From positions 34,715,539-34,779,538 of the forward strand of contig JBOZIK010000001.1 of NCBI GenBank assembly GCA_051453625.1: a stretch of DNA of 64,000 nt, read 5' to 3'. The notes beneath the pieces were generated by a model. That model saw nothing but the letters and a program-made list of their open reading frames with translations, was not told where the DNA came from and ran no database searches. Both the position numbers and the translations under genes were made by a program. Each line of letters starts with the position of its first letter. Position 1 is the first letter of the stretch. This DNA comes from Welwitschia mirabilis (taxonomy: Eukaryota). This document shows, piece after piece, positions 14,401 to 28,629 of the stretch.

Positions 14401-14621
14401 CACACCCATATAAGGGTTACCTTATAATATGGAAATCCTAATAAGGATCCCTTAAATATGATAATAAGAAATGAACTATAATAAAAGTATTCAAAAATTG
14501 CATAGTCCAACACTTTAAATCNNNNNNNNNNNNNNNNNNNNNNNNNNNNNNNNNNNNNNNNNNNNNNNNNNNNNNNNNNNNNNNNNNNNNNNNNNNNNNN
14601 NNNNNNNNNNNNNNNNNNNNN

Positions 14622-15604
14622 AAATCCAATAAATAATGATAAAAAAATGAAACAAAAATCCTAAAATAATGTGTCTTTTATGAAAGACTTGAGTTTTTTC
14701 TTGTTGTTATTTCCCTTAAATGCCAATGATTAGAGTGATGCAATGTTATAGGAGTGAATGATCGATAGTCCTTTGCAAAATATATCTTTAAAGATTTATG
14801 AATAAAATCAATAACTCATGTGTTCATGCATAAGATTTGTCCATCAAGTTATTGTTCATCTTTAATGTGTCTTTATATCTTTTGATGTGCTTCTTATTGT
14901 TTGATCGAGGGAAATAAATGTTTAAAGATTGTCATAATCATACAATAAATAGAAATAACTAAGAGTTAGGTGTGTAATGGCTATTTTATTTTTTTACAAA
15001 CTTTTAGGATAGACATATTTAAGATGGTAGATTTCTCCTATTATGAAATGTTTTTAACATGAGAAACATCTTCGATCAATCTACCAAGATTTTCATTAAA
15101 CTTGGATTATAGTTCCTTTAATACTTAGTGAGCATAAATGTAAGATATAAACTTGATTAATTTTCTAGGATGTAGATAATTCATTAAAATATATGTTATC
15201 TCTATTACCTCTTCAAGTTTAATATAGATGTATTCAATTATGAAAATTTCTTTCATTTGTCTTAGATTCTTACTTCAGTATAAACATATTTATCAATGTA
15301 AATGTATATTTTCAATGGAAAGGTCTATTTAGCATAGACATCTTGAATGTAGTAGATGTATTTCTTACAGATGTATTCAAATATATAGACATATTTTCCA
15401 TAAACATCTTCAATTATGCAAACATCTTAAATTAGTTATGATTTGTTATTCTAAAATATAAGCTAAATGTTCTATGAGATATAAAATTTTTGATTTAATT
15501 TGCAATAATTTCCTTCTGAATTTTGGTATTCTTTATTAATCTATTAATATAATAGCATAATATATGTGACAAGTGAAATCATTAAAACTAGATTTTTACC
15601 AACA
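14622..15604 (-). repeat. Sirevirus-type 3' LTR (left boundary uncertain, near the gap)
   Basis: Ends ...CCAACA followed by atcttccctttttt, the reverse-complement PPT with the same junction as 31008 and 40667. Internal repeated tagatgtattcaa/tagacatcttgaa motifs. Confidence 0.62.
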
Positions 15605-16083
15605 ATCTTCCCTTTTTTAATGATATCTAAAACTTAGTAAATATCATAAGTGTAATCATATTTTATCAATTAAACTAAGATATTTTACTCTAAGAGGATA
15701 CATGACGTATTACATGAGATAAAATATAAATTTAAACTATTTTAAAAATATTGATTAACTATACTCATAAATATGCAAAGTAGTAAATGAAAAAAGCACA
15801 TAAGCATTAAGTAATTACATTCAATAATAATAATAATTAATAACTAATCATGTGCAGTGTAATAACAATAATAAAGCATTAGTGAACCAACAACATTAAA
15901 AATAATAACAAAAAATATCAAAGCATGAAATTTGTTAAGATAAATAAAATAACAATAGATAATGTAATATGTATGCCAACAATCGATAGTAATCATCAAT
16001 AGTGATTTCACTTATAGGGAGTCTAATCTATCTAACCTATAATCATATCCTATAGATCCATATAGGTCATTTAAGTTGGATGT

Positions 16084-17680
16084 TCAAGTTGAAGCTGATT
16101 TACCTATCTTCTTTGCCTTTTTGAATAACATAAAAAAGGAGGTAGTCACTAAGTGTGGAGTCATTGGTGTATAATGTGCCTTCTCCTTCATCATAGCTAT
16201 CATCCTTACTATCACATGTGGTGGATTTCGGAATGATGTATGACAAGGAATATATGGGTGAAGGTCGGTGTTACTTTCTTTATGACCATTGAGATGTCTT
16301 ATAGGGGTCATAAGAGGCCTATCTTCTTATACATGAATATGTCTAATGGATAATTGAAGTGATAAATAAGATAGCAATGGAAGTCTTAGTAAAGAATGAA
16401 GGTGGAGCTATGGTAAAAGGTAAAACATGGATGGGTTCTATGAAACATGGTTGTCAAAATGGCATGTAAGGTGATGATGATAGACAAAACAATGATACAA
16501 GTTATGTAAGATGATGAAAAATTAGTTTATAATAAGGCCTAGAGAAGATGAGGGGCTAAAAATTAGATCTCTCTGAGTCCCCTTGCTACTTCCCTTGTGA
16601 TGGTACCAGAACCTAGTAATCCCCTTATAGCTATACCTATGTAGGATCCTGGTGCTTCCCCTATGCCTGTGTCTTCTCTTCTATAGACTCTAAATAATTA
16701 GTATCTACTATTTATCTTGAGTTATATCATATACCATGTAAAGCTAGAGATACCTCAACTTTTAATTCCTCCTTGAAATTTGTCCAAGTGGAATTTACCA
16801 TGGATTTCTAACTATCTATTGATGCCTCTCATTTAGTGATTATTGATATGTACTTTTGGATCCTTCTTAATAGGTGATGAACTATGGAATGCAGTAGAGT
16901 AATACCATTGAAATTATGATTTTGATTGTCTTCTACTTATGATTTTACTAAGTAGCACTGGTACTTATTGTTTCTTACTAAATTCTACAAGTGACTTCTT
17001 TGGATTAATGAGATTTATCTATTTGACTAAAATACTAGCACTATTGATAATTAAAATAACCAAGCAAGAAAGATCCAAGTATGACCCTTCTAAAAAGTAT
17101 AATAATGTTCATACATAAAATGAATCTTAAATCAATCTTTAATCCTAAAAGAGGATATTAAACAATAAATGTCTATGTTTGTTGAATTAGCTCTAGCTAC
17201 CAATTCAAATAAGAATTTTATAGAATGTGATCACAATTAAAATGGATGCATCTATAACTATGTCCTTATGCTTTATGTTCTTATAAGAGTTCATGCTAAA
17301 GTGTCCAAATAGTACATTACTCATTAATCACCATGAAATACTTATAAAATGACAAATGAAATTATCTTTGAAATAATGGACATATAACTATAGTAGCTAT
17401 AAATTATCGATACCAAACATAGAATTTACAAAAATGGTGTAAGATATAAAAATGTACATCATACTTGTGCTTGAAATGTCCCAGTGCTATTATCAATCTT
17501 ATGAATTTTTGCATAACATTATCTAACAATCTAGAATGCCCTGGTCCAATGAACTATCATATCCCATCCAACATGTGAAAAGTATGTAAGAAGATTATTA
17601 TTTTACTATTTTTGAAATCCAATATTCTACTTTGCTATGATTGAATTTTTTATCTAGATTTTGAAATGTTTACACTTGTG
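16084..17680 (-). pseudogene. Extra ('env-like') ORF remnant of a further Sirevirus-type element
   Basis: Minus-strand translation SIIAK*NIGF..LLTYFSHVGWDMIVHWTRAF*IVR*CYAKIH..TFQAQV*CTFLYLTP, later LLFNI/LLGLKIDLRFILC. Lies upstream of the PPT and LTR at 15604. Whether 16084-17000 belongs to the same frame is uncertain. Confidence 0.55.
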
Positions 17681-18531
17681 AAAAGTTAATCTAGGAAAAG
17701 GAAACAACAATGCACTTAAACCTCAACTAACTAAGCATAACCTTAACAAAGGTTACCCTTATAACCTATATCACAAGAGAAACTATCGTTAGATCTTAAA
17801 CAACATAAGCTATAAGAGAGAGAAACATTTACACATTGAAGCATAAAAAGAATTTTTTTTGTATTAGGAATTAAACTACATCTGTGTTACAAAGTAGCCA
17901 CACTCAATGGAGGAAATGATGCCCAACAACAAGGAAATGTCTCTTTGGAAATACAAGATGAATCTTTGACCCTTCGATCTTCTATTATAAGAATGTGAGG
18001 TGTAAATGAAGACAAATAGGAGTTAAGGAGGAGATATCTATTTATTGACTAAATAAATAAAACAACACAAATAGAAAGACACAAGTAAATCATAACAGCC
18101 ATGCAAAGAGGAAACGAAATACAAGTGGCAAAAATTTGGTGAATGTTTAGTACAAGCATTACAACAATGTTGTCCAGATGGTGATTTGGATAATAAAGGA
18201 GATAATTTCATCTCCTAATTAATTTACATCAGCTACCAGTAAGATCTTAGTTAGCATCTATTTGACACAGTCATCTAGATAATGAGGTGGATGNNNNNNN
18301 NNNNNNNNNNNNNNNNNNNNNNNNNNNNNNNNNNNNNNNNNNNNNNNNNNNNNAAAAATACAAAGTATTCATATTTATTCATAATGCTTATGAATTATCA
18401 TGGAGATTTTGTATTTCCATCCTTTTCATCCTAGCTTTTGATTATCATGGAAACCAATCATTTATTAGTCTATTTACATAGAAAATAACTCATAATCCCC
18501 TATCAAATATCTATAAGTTGGCAATGCAACA
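17680..18531 (-). repeat. 3' LTR of gypsy element 2, truncated at its left end
   Basis: Ends GCAATGCAACA followed by the reverse-complement PPT tagcccttcacttagcct. Lacks about the first 230 bp seen at 47475-47700. Confidence 0.8.
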
Positions 18532-19059
18532 TAGCCCTTCACTTAGCCTTATTACTCCTTGATAAAATAGGTGGTAAACCATGCTTGTGAGTCAACTTAT
18601 TAGATAATAAAACAATAGGAATACCTAATAAAATTATCTCAAAACTATTTGAAGGATATTTCAGAGACAAAAAACTAAGTTTTTGAGAAATTAAAAACAT
18701 TGAATAAAACACTTATGTAAGCTTAGCAGTTAGTCACCTAGTTCATTGTCTAAACAATGGAGGGGATGAAAAGATCTTAAAAAAGTTTTAAAAACTAGAA
18801 CTTGTGACAAAATTTCATTTTCATAGATAATAAGTTAAACATAATAGACAATCCCCTACTAAAATAAATAGTCAAGAATGAAAGATTTAACCAAGAGCAA
18901 TTAAATCCTCATCATAAAAATTGAAAGATAATCATGTAAAAGTCAGAAAGAAATGAGTACACCATGATGGAAAAATAATATGTCTATATAATAATAAAAG
19001 ATAATTTTTAGTATAAAAAGTATAAAGAGGAGATACAAAAATATAATGCAAAATCACTT

Positions 19060-20506
19060 CCCTCATCTATGCATGATGAGCTATGGTTTAATAACTAGCA
19101 CAAGAGTAGGAGGGGAAGAAGAATGGTGCTTAGGATCTATGAGGAGACAAACATCTAGAGATGTAATAATTAATCTAACTGTTTTATTTCCTTGGACATG
19201 AACTAACTCTGGAATATCTATAGTCATATTCTACTAAATAGAGCTAATGCACTGATGCATGTTTACCATCTAATCCTCTATGTGCTATACTCTCCTCTCG
19301 ATAGATAGGATCTATTACTTAACTATCTGCTCAAAGGTCTATATCCTCTGATCAAGTGCCTATACACCTGTGTTAATAAAACCTCTGATGATCTCAGTGG
19401 TCNNNNNNNNNNNNNNNNNNNNNNNNNNNNNNNNNNNNNNNNNNNNNNNNNNNNNNNNNNNNNNNNNNNNNNNNNNNNNNNNNNNNNNNNNNNNNNNNNN
19501 NNATTCTCTACTCAAAGGTCTATATCCTCTGATCAAGTGCCTATACACCTGTGTCAATAAAACCTCTGATGATCTCAGTGGTCTTAGTTAAAAAAGATTG
19601 AATCTACTCTAAGAAAGCTCCAACCATAGGTCTTTATACCTGAGGTCTCTTATCTTCTTCTACTACTTGTATAGTCATGTCTTATAGGTAGCAAAAAAAA
19701 GTCTGAATATATGAGATATGCTACTTACCAATGAGCTCTAGTCTCCCAATTTGTCTGAAAAGAGTTGAGAGAAGGTATGAATAACTAAGAGTCTATAAAT
19801 GTTATGCCTATATCATGGACTTAAGTATCCTTAAAATGAAAGAGGGTAAGTCCATCTACTATCCCTCATGAAAAGCTACTAGAACTTATGAATGTGTCAT
19901 TATTGTATTAACTATCATGAAATGATGAAATGATGTTATGAATTAGTTCTCTATCCAAAACTCTATAGGTAGGGGTCATTTGAGTAGCATTTACCCTTTG
20001 TCAATCAATGATTAAGTCAGCTAATATGTCTAAAATGATGCCATAGGCTTAACGCTTCACTGTTCCATCAACTTAATGGGCATGTATACCTTCAATCCCT
20101 CTAAGATCTATAATAACTGTAATTTAGGATGGGAAAATAGTTATCTCATGATCTCGTATGAAATCAATAATCAAATCTTGAAGTTAACCACAAGCATTAG
20201 GTTGCCTCTCTATATGCATGGTGTTATAAAACTATCTCATCTCCAATGCATGATAAGAACCATATGTATCTGTGATCCATTTTTGCCTTAAATCTATTAA
20301 TATCTATTCTAGATCTAGCTATATATGGTAATGAAGATCCCAAAATATCTCTCAACATGAATACTAGCTATCTAAATACTCAAATATCATCCATGTTAAG
20401 GTGGAACATGTGCGGGATCTACATGCTCTATCGTGAGCTTGATCAAAGGACATGCCTCCTACTCTATAGGCTTAACTATAGCCTTAGTCTTTTTAGCTCT
20501 ATGCAT
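19060..20506 (-). pseudogene. Extra ('env-like') ORF of gypsy element 2, degenerate
   Basis: Starts MHRAKKTKA. Contains YHALEMR*FYNTM, IRDHEITIFPS*I, VNATQMTPTYRVLDRELIHNII and VLVAFHEG**MDLPSFILRIL..LSYSYLLSTLF. Lies between pol and the 3' LTR in sense orientation. Confidence 0.68.
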
Positions 20507-23500
20507 ATGTATCCTACTCAATTAAAAACACAAACTCGTCATGCAAAAATAGATAGACAAGTTAAAACATCACATGGATGTGTAATAGTGACCTCTATAA
20601 TTAATGAAAAACTAAGAAAAATATTCAAAATATGTCCTATTCTCATCCCATTCAAAAAATATGCAATGCATCCCAAATTATCTAAATGTAAGAGAAAAAT
20701 GGAGATAAATAAGAAAAGTGCAAAAATTGTATGTTTAGTGGACTCACATGAAGCAAACATTTAAAGTGCTCAAATCAAAAATCTAATCTAGAAAAGTCAT
20801 AATATGCATCAAACCAATCAATTTTGTCTAAAGGAACATTACGATTTGACCTACAATTTGCAAGAAAATGAGTGCAAAATGAAAAAAACTGAAAATCCCT
20901 AATAACATGCAAAAATAATCATAACTCAAAAAATATGTAGTAAAATTTAAATCCATACATTCCTAAATGAAGAGAACAAAAACTAAATGATATANNNNNN
21001 NNNNNNNNNNNNNNNNNNNNNNNNNNNNNNNNNNNNNNNNNNNNNNNNNNNNNNNNNNNNNNNNNNNNNNNNNNNNNNNNNNNNNNNNNNNNNNNNNNNN
21101 NNNNNNNNNNNNNNNNNNNNNNNNNNNNNNNNNNNNNNNNNNNNNNNNNNNNNNNNNNNNNNNNNNNNNNNNNNNNNNNNNNNNNNNNNNNNNNNNNNNN
21201 NNNNNNNNNNNNNNNNNNNNNNNNNNNNNNNNNNNNNNNNNNNNNNNNNNNNNNNNNNNNNNNNNNNNNNNNNNNNNNNNNNNNNNNNNNNNNNNNNNNN
21301 NNNNNNNNNNNNNNNNNNNNNNNNNNNNNNNNNNNNNNNNNNNNNNNNNNNNNNNNNNNNNNNNNNNNNNNNNNNNNNNNNNNNNNNNNNNNNNNNNNNN
21401 NNNNNNNNNNNNNNNNNNNNNNNNNNNNNNNNNNNNNNNNNNNNNNNNNNNNNNNNNNNNNNNNNNNNNNNNNNNNNNNNNNNNNNNNNNNNNNNNNNNN
21501 NNNNNNNNNNNNNNNNNNNNNNNNNNNNNNNNNNNNNNNNNNNNNNNNNNNNNNNNNNNNNNNNNNNNNNNNNNNNNNNNNNNNNNNNNNNNNNNNNNNN
21601 NNNNNNNNNNNNNNNNNNNNNNNNNNNNNNNNNNNNNNNNNNNNNNNNNNNNNNNNNNNNNNNNNNNNNNNNNNNNNNNNNNNNNNNNNNNNNNNNNNNN
21701 NNNNNNNNNNNNNNNNNNNNNNNNNNNNNNAAAATAGAAGGAGAGAAAAACATACCTAATTTTTATAAATCTGATAAAATCTCATGAGTCTAGTAATGAA
21801 ATTTAGAAAGACAAGTCCTAAGATGCTAGTGCTAGCCAGATGGGTCACTGTCTCTTAAAAGAATGGATGAAAACAATGAGAAAATGAGTAAAAATTGAGG
21901 AAAAAGTGTTTGGATAATGGTTTTATCACACTATCATCTAGTTGCATTGTTCTAAAGATAGTCCTAAGATGACTCTTAGAAAAATTAAATCATCATCTAC
22001 CCAGTGTTATTTGGATGACCTAGAGGACAATGGAGCATCAAAATGATTTAAAAAAAAAAAAAGGTCAGCGATGAAAGTTAGGCTCATATATAATCATTTA
22101 AGTAATAGTTCTAAAAATAAATAGATAGAAAAGATAAAATCACATAAAAAACTAAAAAAAGAAAAAAACTATGATTCAAGGAATATATACTATCTAGGTT
22201 GAATTATACAACAAAATTGCATGAATATGCTCAAATAGAAAATGAAAGCATGGTAGACTTAAAACTTGATTACCTATAAGGAAACTTATAAAGACTCAGA
22301 AAAGAAAAGATGTTCTTTTAAAATGTTTGCAAATACATTTTTAGAAAAATGTTTTGTCATAATCAAGTAGCAAAAAAACTACTAAATGATTAAGATTCTA
22401 TGAAGGAATAAAAAATTGCAGTAATTACTTTAAACCCTTAAACTCAAAAATTGAAGGAAAAAACACAGTAAAAATGGACATAGGGAGCAAGAATAAGATT
22501 GTCTACCTATCCTATATACTAACCTAGCAAAATCCCAAGGAAAACATCATAACATCACCTAAGTTAATATGCATGACAAAATGTATTTAAAAAAAGGCAG
22601 TGATTATGGCAACAGTCAAATCTTCAAGTGTATAGAAAAATAAATGTTAAAATCAAAAGTTACTTAGAAATGAACTTACCTACTTTCCCCTCTCAAACTC
22701 ACCCAAATCTTCAAAAGTAAAATGATTAAGTGGGAATTATAAGAGTCTTGAAAACAAGAAAGGCCTCTGATAATATCAATAACATCATTGATTTCTAACC
22801 TTAAAGTTTATTTCTTTTTTCATGATGAGGGGAGTGCAACCACTGTTAGAGAAGGAAGGACCTGCAAAGCATGACCAACTGATCCCTCAATAGAGTTTGC
22901 ATAGTTATCAATACTACCAAAGGTTCCTTTTGAAAGTATTTACCCCAGTGTAGTCGACCATCATGATTATCATGGATTCTTCTTTAAAGCACAAAATCCA
23001 ATAGNNNNNNNNNNTTCTTTTTCTCTCTCTCTCTCTTTGTCTCTTTCTTTCTCTCTTTATAAATTCCCATATGATTGTATACTCAAAAAAGACAAAAGTA
23101 AATAAGTAAGATAAAAGATAGAAAAACACTTGTAAACAATTTAAGACTTTAACACCATTAAAAAAAATTTAAGAAACCAAGGTATATGCCTTAAGTAAAG
23201 TCCATAGACATGAGAATATCTCAAAATTAGATGAATCCAATATTATTANNNNNNNNNNNNNNNNNNNNNNNNNNNNNNNNNNNNNNNNNNNNNNNNNNNN
23301 NNNNNNNNNNNNNNNNNNNNNNNNNNNNNNNNNNNNNNNNNNNNNNNNNNNNNNNNNNNNNNNNNNNNNNNNNNNNNNNNNNNNNNNNNNNNNNNNNNNN
23401 NNNNNNNNNNNNNNNNNNNNNNNNNNNNNNNNNNNNNNNNNNNNNNNNNNNNNNNNNNNNNNNNNNNNNNNNNNNNNNNNNNNNNNNNNNNNNNNNNNNN

Positions 23501-24043
23501 NNNNNNNNNNNNNNNNNNNNNNNNNNNNNNNNNNNNNNNNNNNNNNNNNNNNNNNNNNNNNNNNNNNNNNNNNNNNNNNNNNNNNNNNNNNNNNNNNNNN
23601 NNNNNNNNNNNNNNNNNNNNNNNNNNNNNNNNNNNNNNNNNNNNNNNNNNNNNNNNNNNNNNNNNNNNNNNNNNNNNNNNNNNNNNNNNNNNNNNNNNNN
23701 NNNNNNNNNNNNNNNNNNNNNNNNNNNNNNNNNNNNNNNNNNNNNNNNNNNNNNNNNNNNNNNNNNNNNNNNNNNNNNNNNNNNNNNNNNNNNNNNNNNN
23801 NNNNNNNNNNNNNNNNNNNNNNNNNNNNNNNNNNNNNNNNNNNNNNNNNNNNNNNNNNNNNNNNNNNNNNNNNNNNNNNNNNNNNNNNNNNNNNNNNNNN
23901 NNNNNNNNNNNNNNNNNNNNNNNNNNNNNNNNNNNNNNNNNNNNNNNNNNNNNNNNNNNNNNNNNNNNNNNNNNNNNNNNNNNNNNNNNNNNNNNNNNNN
24001 NNNNNNNNNNNNNNNNNNNNNNNNNNNNNNNNNNNNAAAAAAC

Positions 24044-27000
24044 TTAGACAATGAGAGGGAGGAAGTCCTCCTCATCGAGGGAAACCTTCAAAATAAGAAC
24101 TTCTATCATGTTCATAGTTGTATCTAAGGGTTCCTCATATAATTTCAATTGTTACCCACTAACCTTCTAAATATCTTTAGTTTCTAAATTTAAAATTTCA
24201 ACTAAGCCATTAAGATATAATTTTTCTACAAGGTAAAAGCTTAATCATTTAGAGGTTATTCAAAAGATAAACTCTAGTGTTATATAACAAGATAATTAAT
24301 CACATTCAAATTTTTTATGAAAAATATTATTATCATGTTTGAACTTTGCTTGAGCTTTATGGATTAATTGATGATATATTGTACTAGTTCTTTTTTCATC
24401 AAGATGATTTAACTAGGCTAATCTATATTTAATATTTTCATTAAAATTTACAAGATTAACATGATGAAATGCATGATAAAAATTGTAATACACATTAACC
24501 AATAACATACAAACTTCATTGTATATAAGTTCATAAGGTGAAAAACTAAGAAAAGTATGCCAAGTCGTATGGTAAGACCAAAGTACATTATTAAGCTTAG
24601 AAGATTAAGAATTTTTATTAATAGAGATAAGTTCTCAAAGCATTTATTTTATTTCTCTATTGACATTTTTAGCCTATCCATTAGTTTGAGGATGATAAGT
24701 ATAAGCTACTCTATGTTCTATACTAGTGGACAGAAGAAGTTTCTTAAAAATTGTCTTAATAAAATGAGTACTCTAATCATTAATGATAACTCTAGGAAAA
24801 TAAAATCTCTAAAAGATATAAGTTCTAAGAAAATGACAAATAATTCGAGCATCATTCAAATAAGTAGGTATGGCTTCAATCCACTTAGTCATGTAATCCA
24901 TAGCCATTAAAATATAATTTTTATCAGAAAAGATGCATAAATAGAACCTATGAAATCAATAACCTAATAATCAAAAGGCTCACACTTAAGAAAAGATCTA
25001 AGGAATATTTTCCATGAATGAATAGAGCTACCATAATGCTGATAAGGATCACATCTTTTAACAAAATTAAATAAATCATGAAAAAGAGAAGGTCAGTAGA
25101 AATCAGAATGGAGGATTTTTAGCATAGTTTTATGTCCACTAAAACATCCTTAACAAACATCACCATGACAAAGATAAAGGATCTCAGATATTTCCCAATC
25201 AGGCATACATTTTCCCATGATTTGATCTTTGCACCTATAGTACAAATGTGGCTCAATCCACTCATCGTTACCTATCCTATGAAGAAACGATTTACATTAG
25301 TTATAGGTCTAACATTGTAGTATTTTTATAGTTATAATATAGTTCATAATGTTAGTATATCATGGAGGATGATGAGAAGAAGAAATAGTGAAAAGCTCCT
25401 CATCAAGGAAGGAATACTCAATGATAGTATCATCTAGAGGAGAAGGAAGCCAAGACAAATGATCGGCAATAGAATTATGATTTTATACTTTATATATAAT
25501 AGTCAAATTAAATTATTACATAAGAAGGACTATCTAATCAAATAGGCACTAAAATCTTTTTTAGTTATGAGGTAATAATTGCAGTATGATCAATCTAGAC
25601 ATTCATGTAAAATCTTAAAAGATAATTTCTAAGAGAATCAAGGTAAAAAATAATGGCTAGCATCTCTTTCTCTATAGTGGTGTAGTTCATTTGAGCTCTA
25701 GAATAAGATTTAATATAATAAGATATAACTTTAAAATCATTTACATATTTCTAAGAAAGAATCCTACCCATAACAAAGTTACTCACATCACACATAAGCT
25801 CAAACTCAAGTGTCTAATTGGGCGCCATTACTATAGGAGAATAAGATAATTAGACTTATTAATATTTGTAAGGAGACTAAGATTTTAAATAATGTAAACT
25901 TTAGAAGAATACATCCTAATCCCCTCTTAAGAGATATGATGACCTAAAACAATGACACTTTCTACAAGAAAAAGACTTTTTTTTTCCAACTCAAGTAGAA
26001 GCGACTATAAATGAAATAGTCTAATACTTCTTATAAATAATCTAAGATTTATTCNNNNNNNNNNCATAAATAGAGAAGTCATCCATAAAAATCTTAATGG
26101 AATCCTCAAGCATATTAGAAGCAATACTCATCATAACATGCTAAAAAGTACTGGGAGCATTACAAAGTCTAAAAGGCATGCATGTAAAAGCAAAGGTACT
26201 AAAAGAAGAAGTAAAAGTGAATTTGGATTTATCCTCTTTGACAGTGCAAACTTGATTGTAATCATTATAATCAGTAAGAAAATAGTAGAAAGCATAACCC
26301 TGAATCCTATCAACAATCTGATTAAGAAAAGAGAAAGAACAATGGTTATTTTTTATTATCTTTTTTAATTTTTGAAAGTCTATACACATATATCATTTCC
26401 CATCCTTAGTAGAAACTATTATCAAGGGGTTAGCCACCTCAATATTAGTAATGAAGTAAATGATTTCAACATCTATAAGTTTTATTATTTTATTTTTTAT
26501 GATTTGTTTAAGGGCTGAATTGAGTTCTCATTGGGATTTCCTATAGGTTTAGCATTTTCTTTGAAGTAGATTTTATGTTGCATAATAGAAGTAGGTATGG
26601 CTATCAAATCATTATGGGAATAAACAAACACATTTACCTTAGCTTTCATAAAAGAGATAAGACTTAATTCTTATTGAGGGGAAAGATTTTTATTAATAAT
26701 TAATGGTTTATTCAAGTTGCTATTTTAAAAAATGTATTTCAATCCACTGTCTAAAGGTTTTAGGTTCAGGATTAAGCTCAAATTTTTAGTTTCTATAAAA
26801 TTCTCAGAAGAATAAACTATTATCTTAGACTATCATTCAAATTTTAGTAGTGGATGAAAACCCTTAAAATAAGAAATCTTAGGTTTACTAAATTCTCAAA
26901 CTTTTGCATATTTGATAGACTCAGACTCATTACTCTCTAGATTAGAAAATGCAGTTGTTAGATGGTTAAATTCAAGTTAATCGTTAAGAATATATAGGTA

Positions 27001-27600
27001 TTTTACTTCCAATTTATCATCAAATAAAAGATTATTTCATGAAGCATGAATCATATTTTCTCAAGTGGACAGTGCTATAAAAATAAAGTGGGCCTAATTT
27101 CTTCTTTCAAAATCAAATTGTTATCTAACTCTTTTTCAGCCAATTAAACACTTTTATTAAAAATCGTTTATTCCTAAAATGGCACTTCATCAATCTAGTT
27201 CTTGTATATATAATATAGTGGGCTATTGTATAGAAATATCTACCAAGAAGTAAAGGATATCCACCATAGTGCTCAACTTCTAAAATAAATATATCAATGG
27301 GGTAGAAGATTCCTCTATCTGAATGACAAAATTATTGATTACACTTAATAGTTTTTTCATAAAAGTATTAGCTAACTCTAAATAATACATGTAGGTTCTA
27401 CTCTTTCTTCCAAACAAAAATGTTGATAAATGTGCAAGGCCTTAATATTAACACTAGCTTCAATATCTATTAAGGCTTTCTTTATTTTATAGTTTTCCTC
27501 TAAAGTAACACTTATAGCTATTACTCCCAGATATTTAAACTTTAGACATTTTTGGCATACCAAATTGCTAACAGATTGAGATAGGAAGACTTTATTAGGA
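24044..27600 (-). pseudogene. Gypsy pol (PR-RT-RNaseH-IN) of element 2, degenerate
   Basis: KALIDIEASVNI (protease), CIDFQKL..NHCSFSFLNQIVDRIQGYAFYYFL..MPFRLCNAPSTF (RT), LCDVSNF and NYTTIEKE (RNaseH), AMDYMTKWIEA and YHPQTNG (integrase). Confidence 0.9.
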
Positions 27601-28440
27601 ATGTGTCATTTTTGTTTTCTTTTTATTAAGCATTTTCATAGCTTAGAATACCATGGGTTTTCTTGCAAAAGTTTCCAAAATAGCAAGTTGATTCTCATAT
27701 TTTGCATTAAGGCTTTCAAATAATTATTAAATGTGGGGTTTGTATGAAACATATCCAGCCATGGAGTAGCAAGTCTTTTTTTGAACGTTCTTTCTTTTTA
27801 TTATTTAATAAAAAAGGGAAGGAATAGTTTTCTAATATTTATATGTCCTCTTCCTTATAATTCTTATCACTTTGTGATGTTGAAGTCTTATAGGTCGAAG
27901 TATCCATGTCATTTCTACTTTTTGTCATTACTTTATAATCTTTTCTTACTTTATTAGGGTTTGATAAAGGTTGAGTGGCAAGAGACTCTTATGGTCTTTG
28001 GTAGCAATAATAGTTTATTATAAAATGTTTACAAGCTTTTCTATGTTGGTGTTTATTTTTTATTTTGTTTTTTTAACTCCTCAATAGAATTCCTAAGAGA
28101 ATCACTATGGTTTTGGGAGTTGAAGGGCTTGCCAAGTTGATTGAGTTATTGAATTAAAAGTTTAAGTTCTTAAATTTATTTCTGAAAGGTTGGNNNNNNN
28201 NNNNNNNNNNNNNNNNNNNNNNNNNNNNNNNNNNNNNNNNNNNNNNNNNNNNNNNNNNNNNNNNNNNNNNNNNNNNNNNNNNNNNNNNNNNNNCAAATCA
28301 TTTATTATCATGTGACATTTTAACTAATTTATCATTTATGGAAAAAAATCTAGTAAATATATTAGCACTAGAAAGAGGAACCCTTTTATAGGTTTTTCAA
28401 TTTTTCATTCAACCTTTCCTATTTACATTACTCACTATCT
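27600..28440 (-). pseudogene. C-terminal gag and linker of element 2
   Basis: LATPWLDMFHTNPTFNNYLKALMQ matches SATPWLDKLNMNPTFDEYLKVLMQ of element 1. Confidence 0.72.
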
Positions 28441-28629
28441 TATTGTAAACTCAGAATAGTTATAATACCAATGTAAACAAGAAGTAAAAATTCCTAAATT
28501 TCTGAGGAGATGTACAAACTTCTCATCTAATAAGATCCTCTACCCTCATCACAGATGAGCTTCATGCTTTCATGGATTATAGGCCATATTTGGACTTGTA
28601 CCTTATCCACTCAAGTGAGTGAATCCATG

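Noticed and set aside
19327..19583. Near-identical direct repeats flanking an N-gap (also at 33462-34352, 35817-35990, 41598-41820 and 59240-59565)
   Set aside because: The copies sit on both sides of gaps, and sister elements, where available, have a single copy. These are most likely overlapping contig ends, not biological repeats.
20983..24127. Long ORFs of 250-300 aa in the ORF track (also 33471-34415 and 10563-11121)
   Set aside because: They are made of N runs translated as X.
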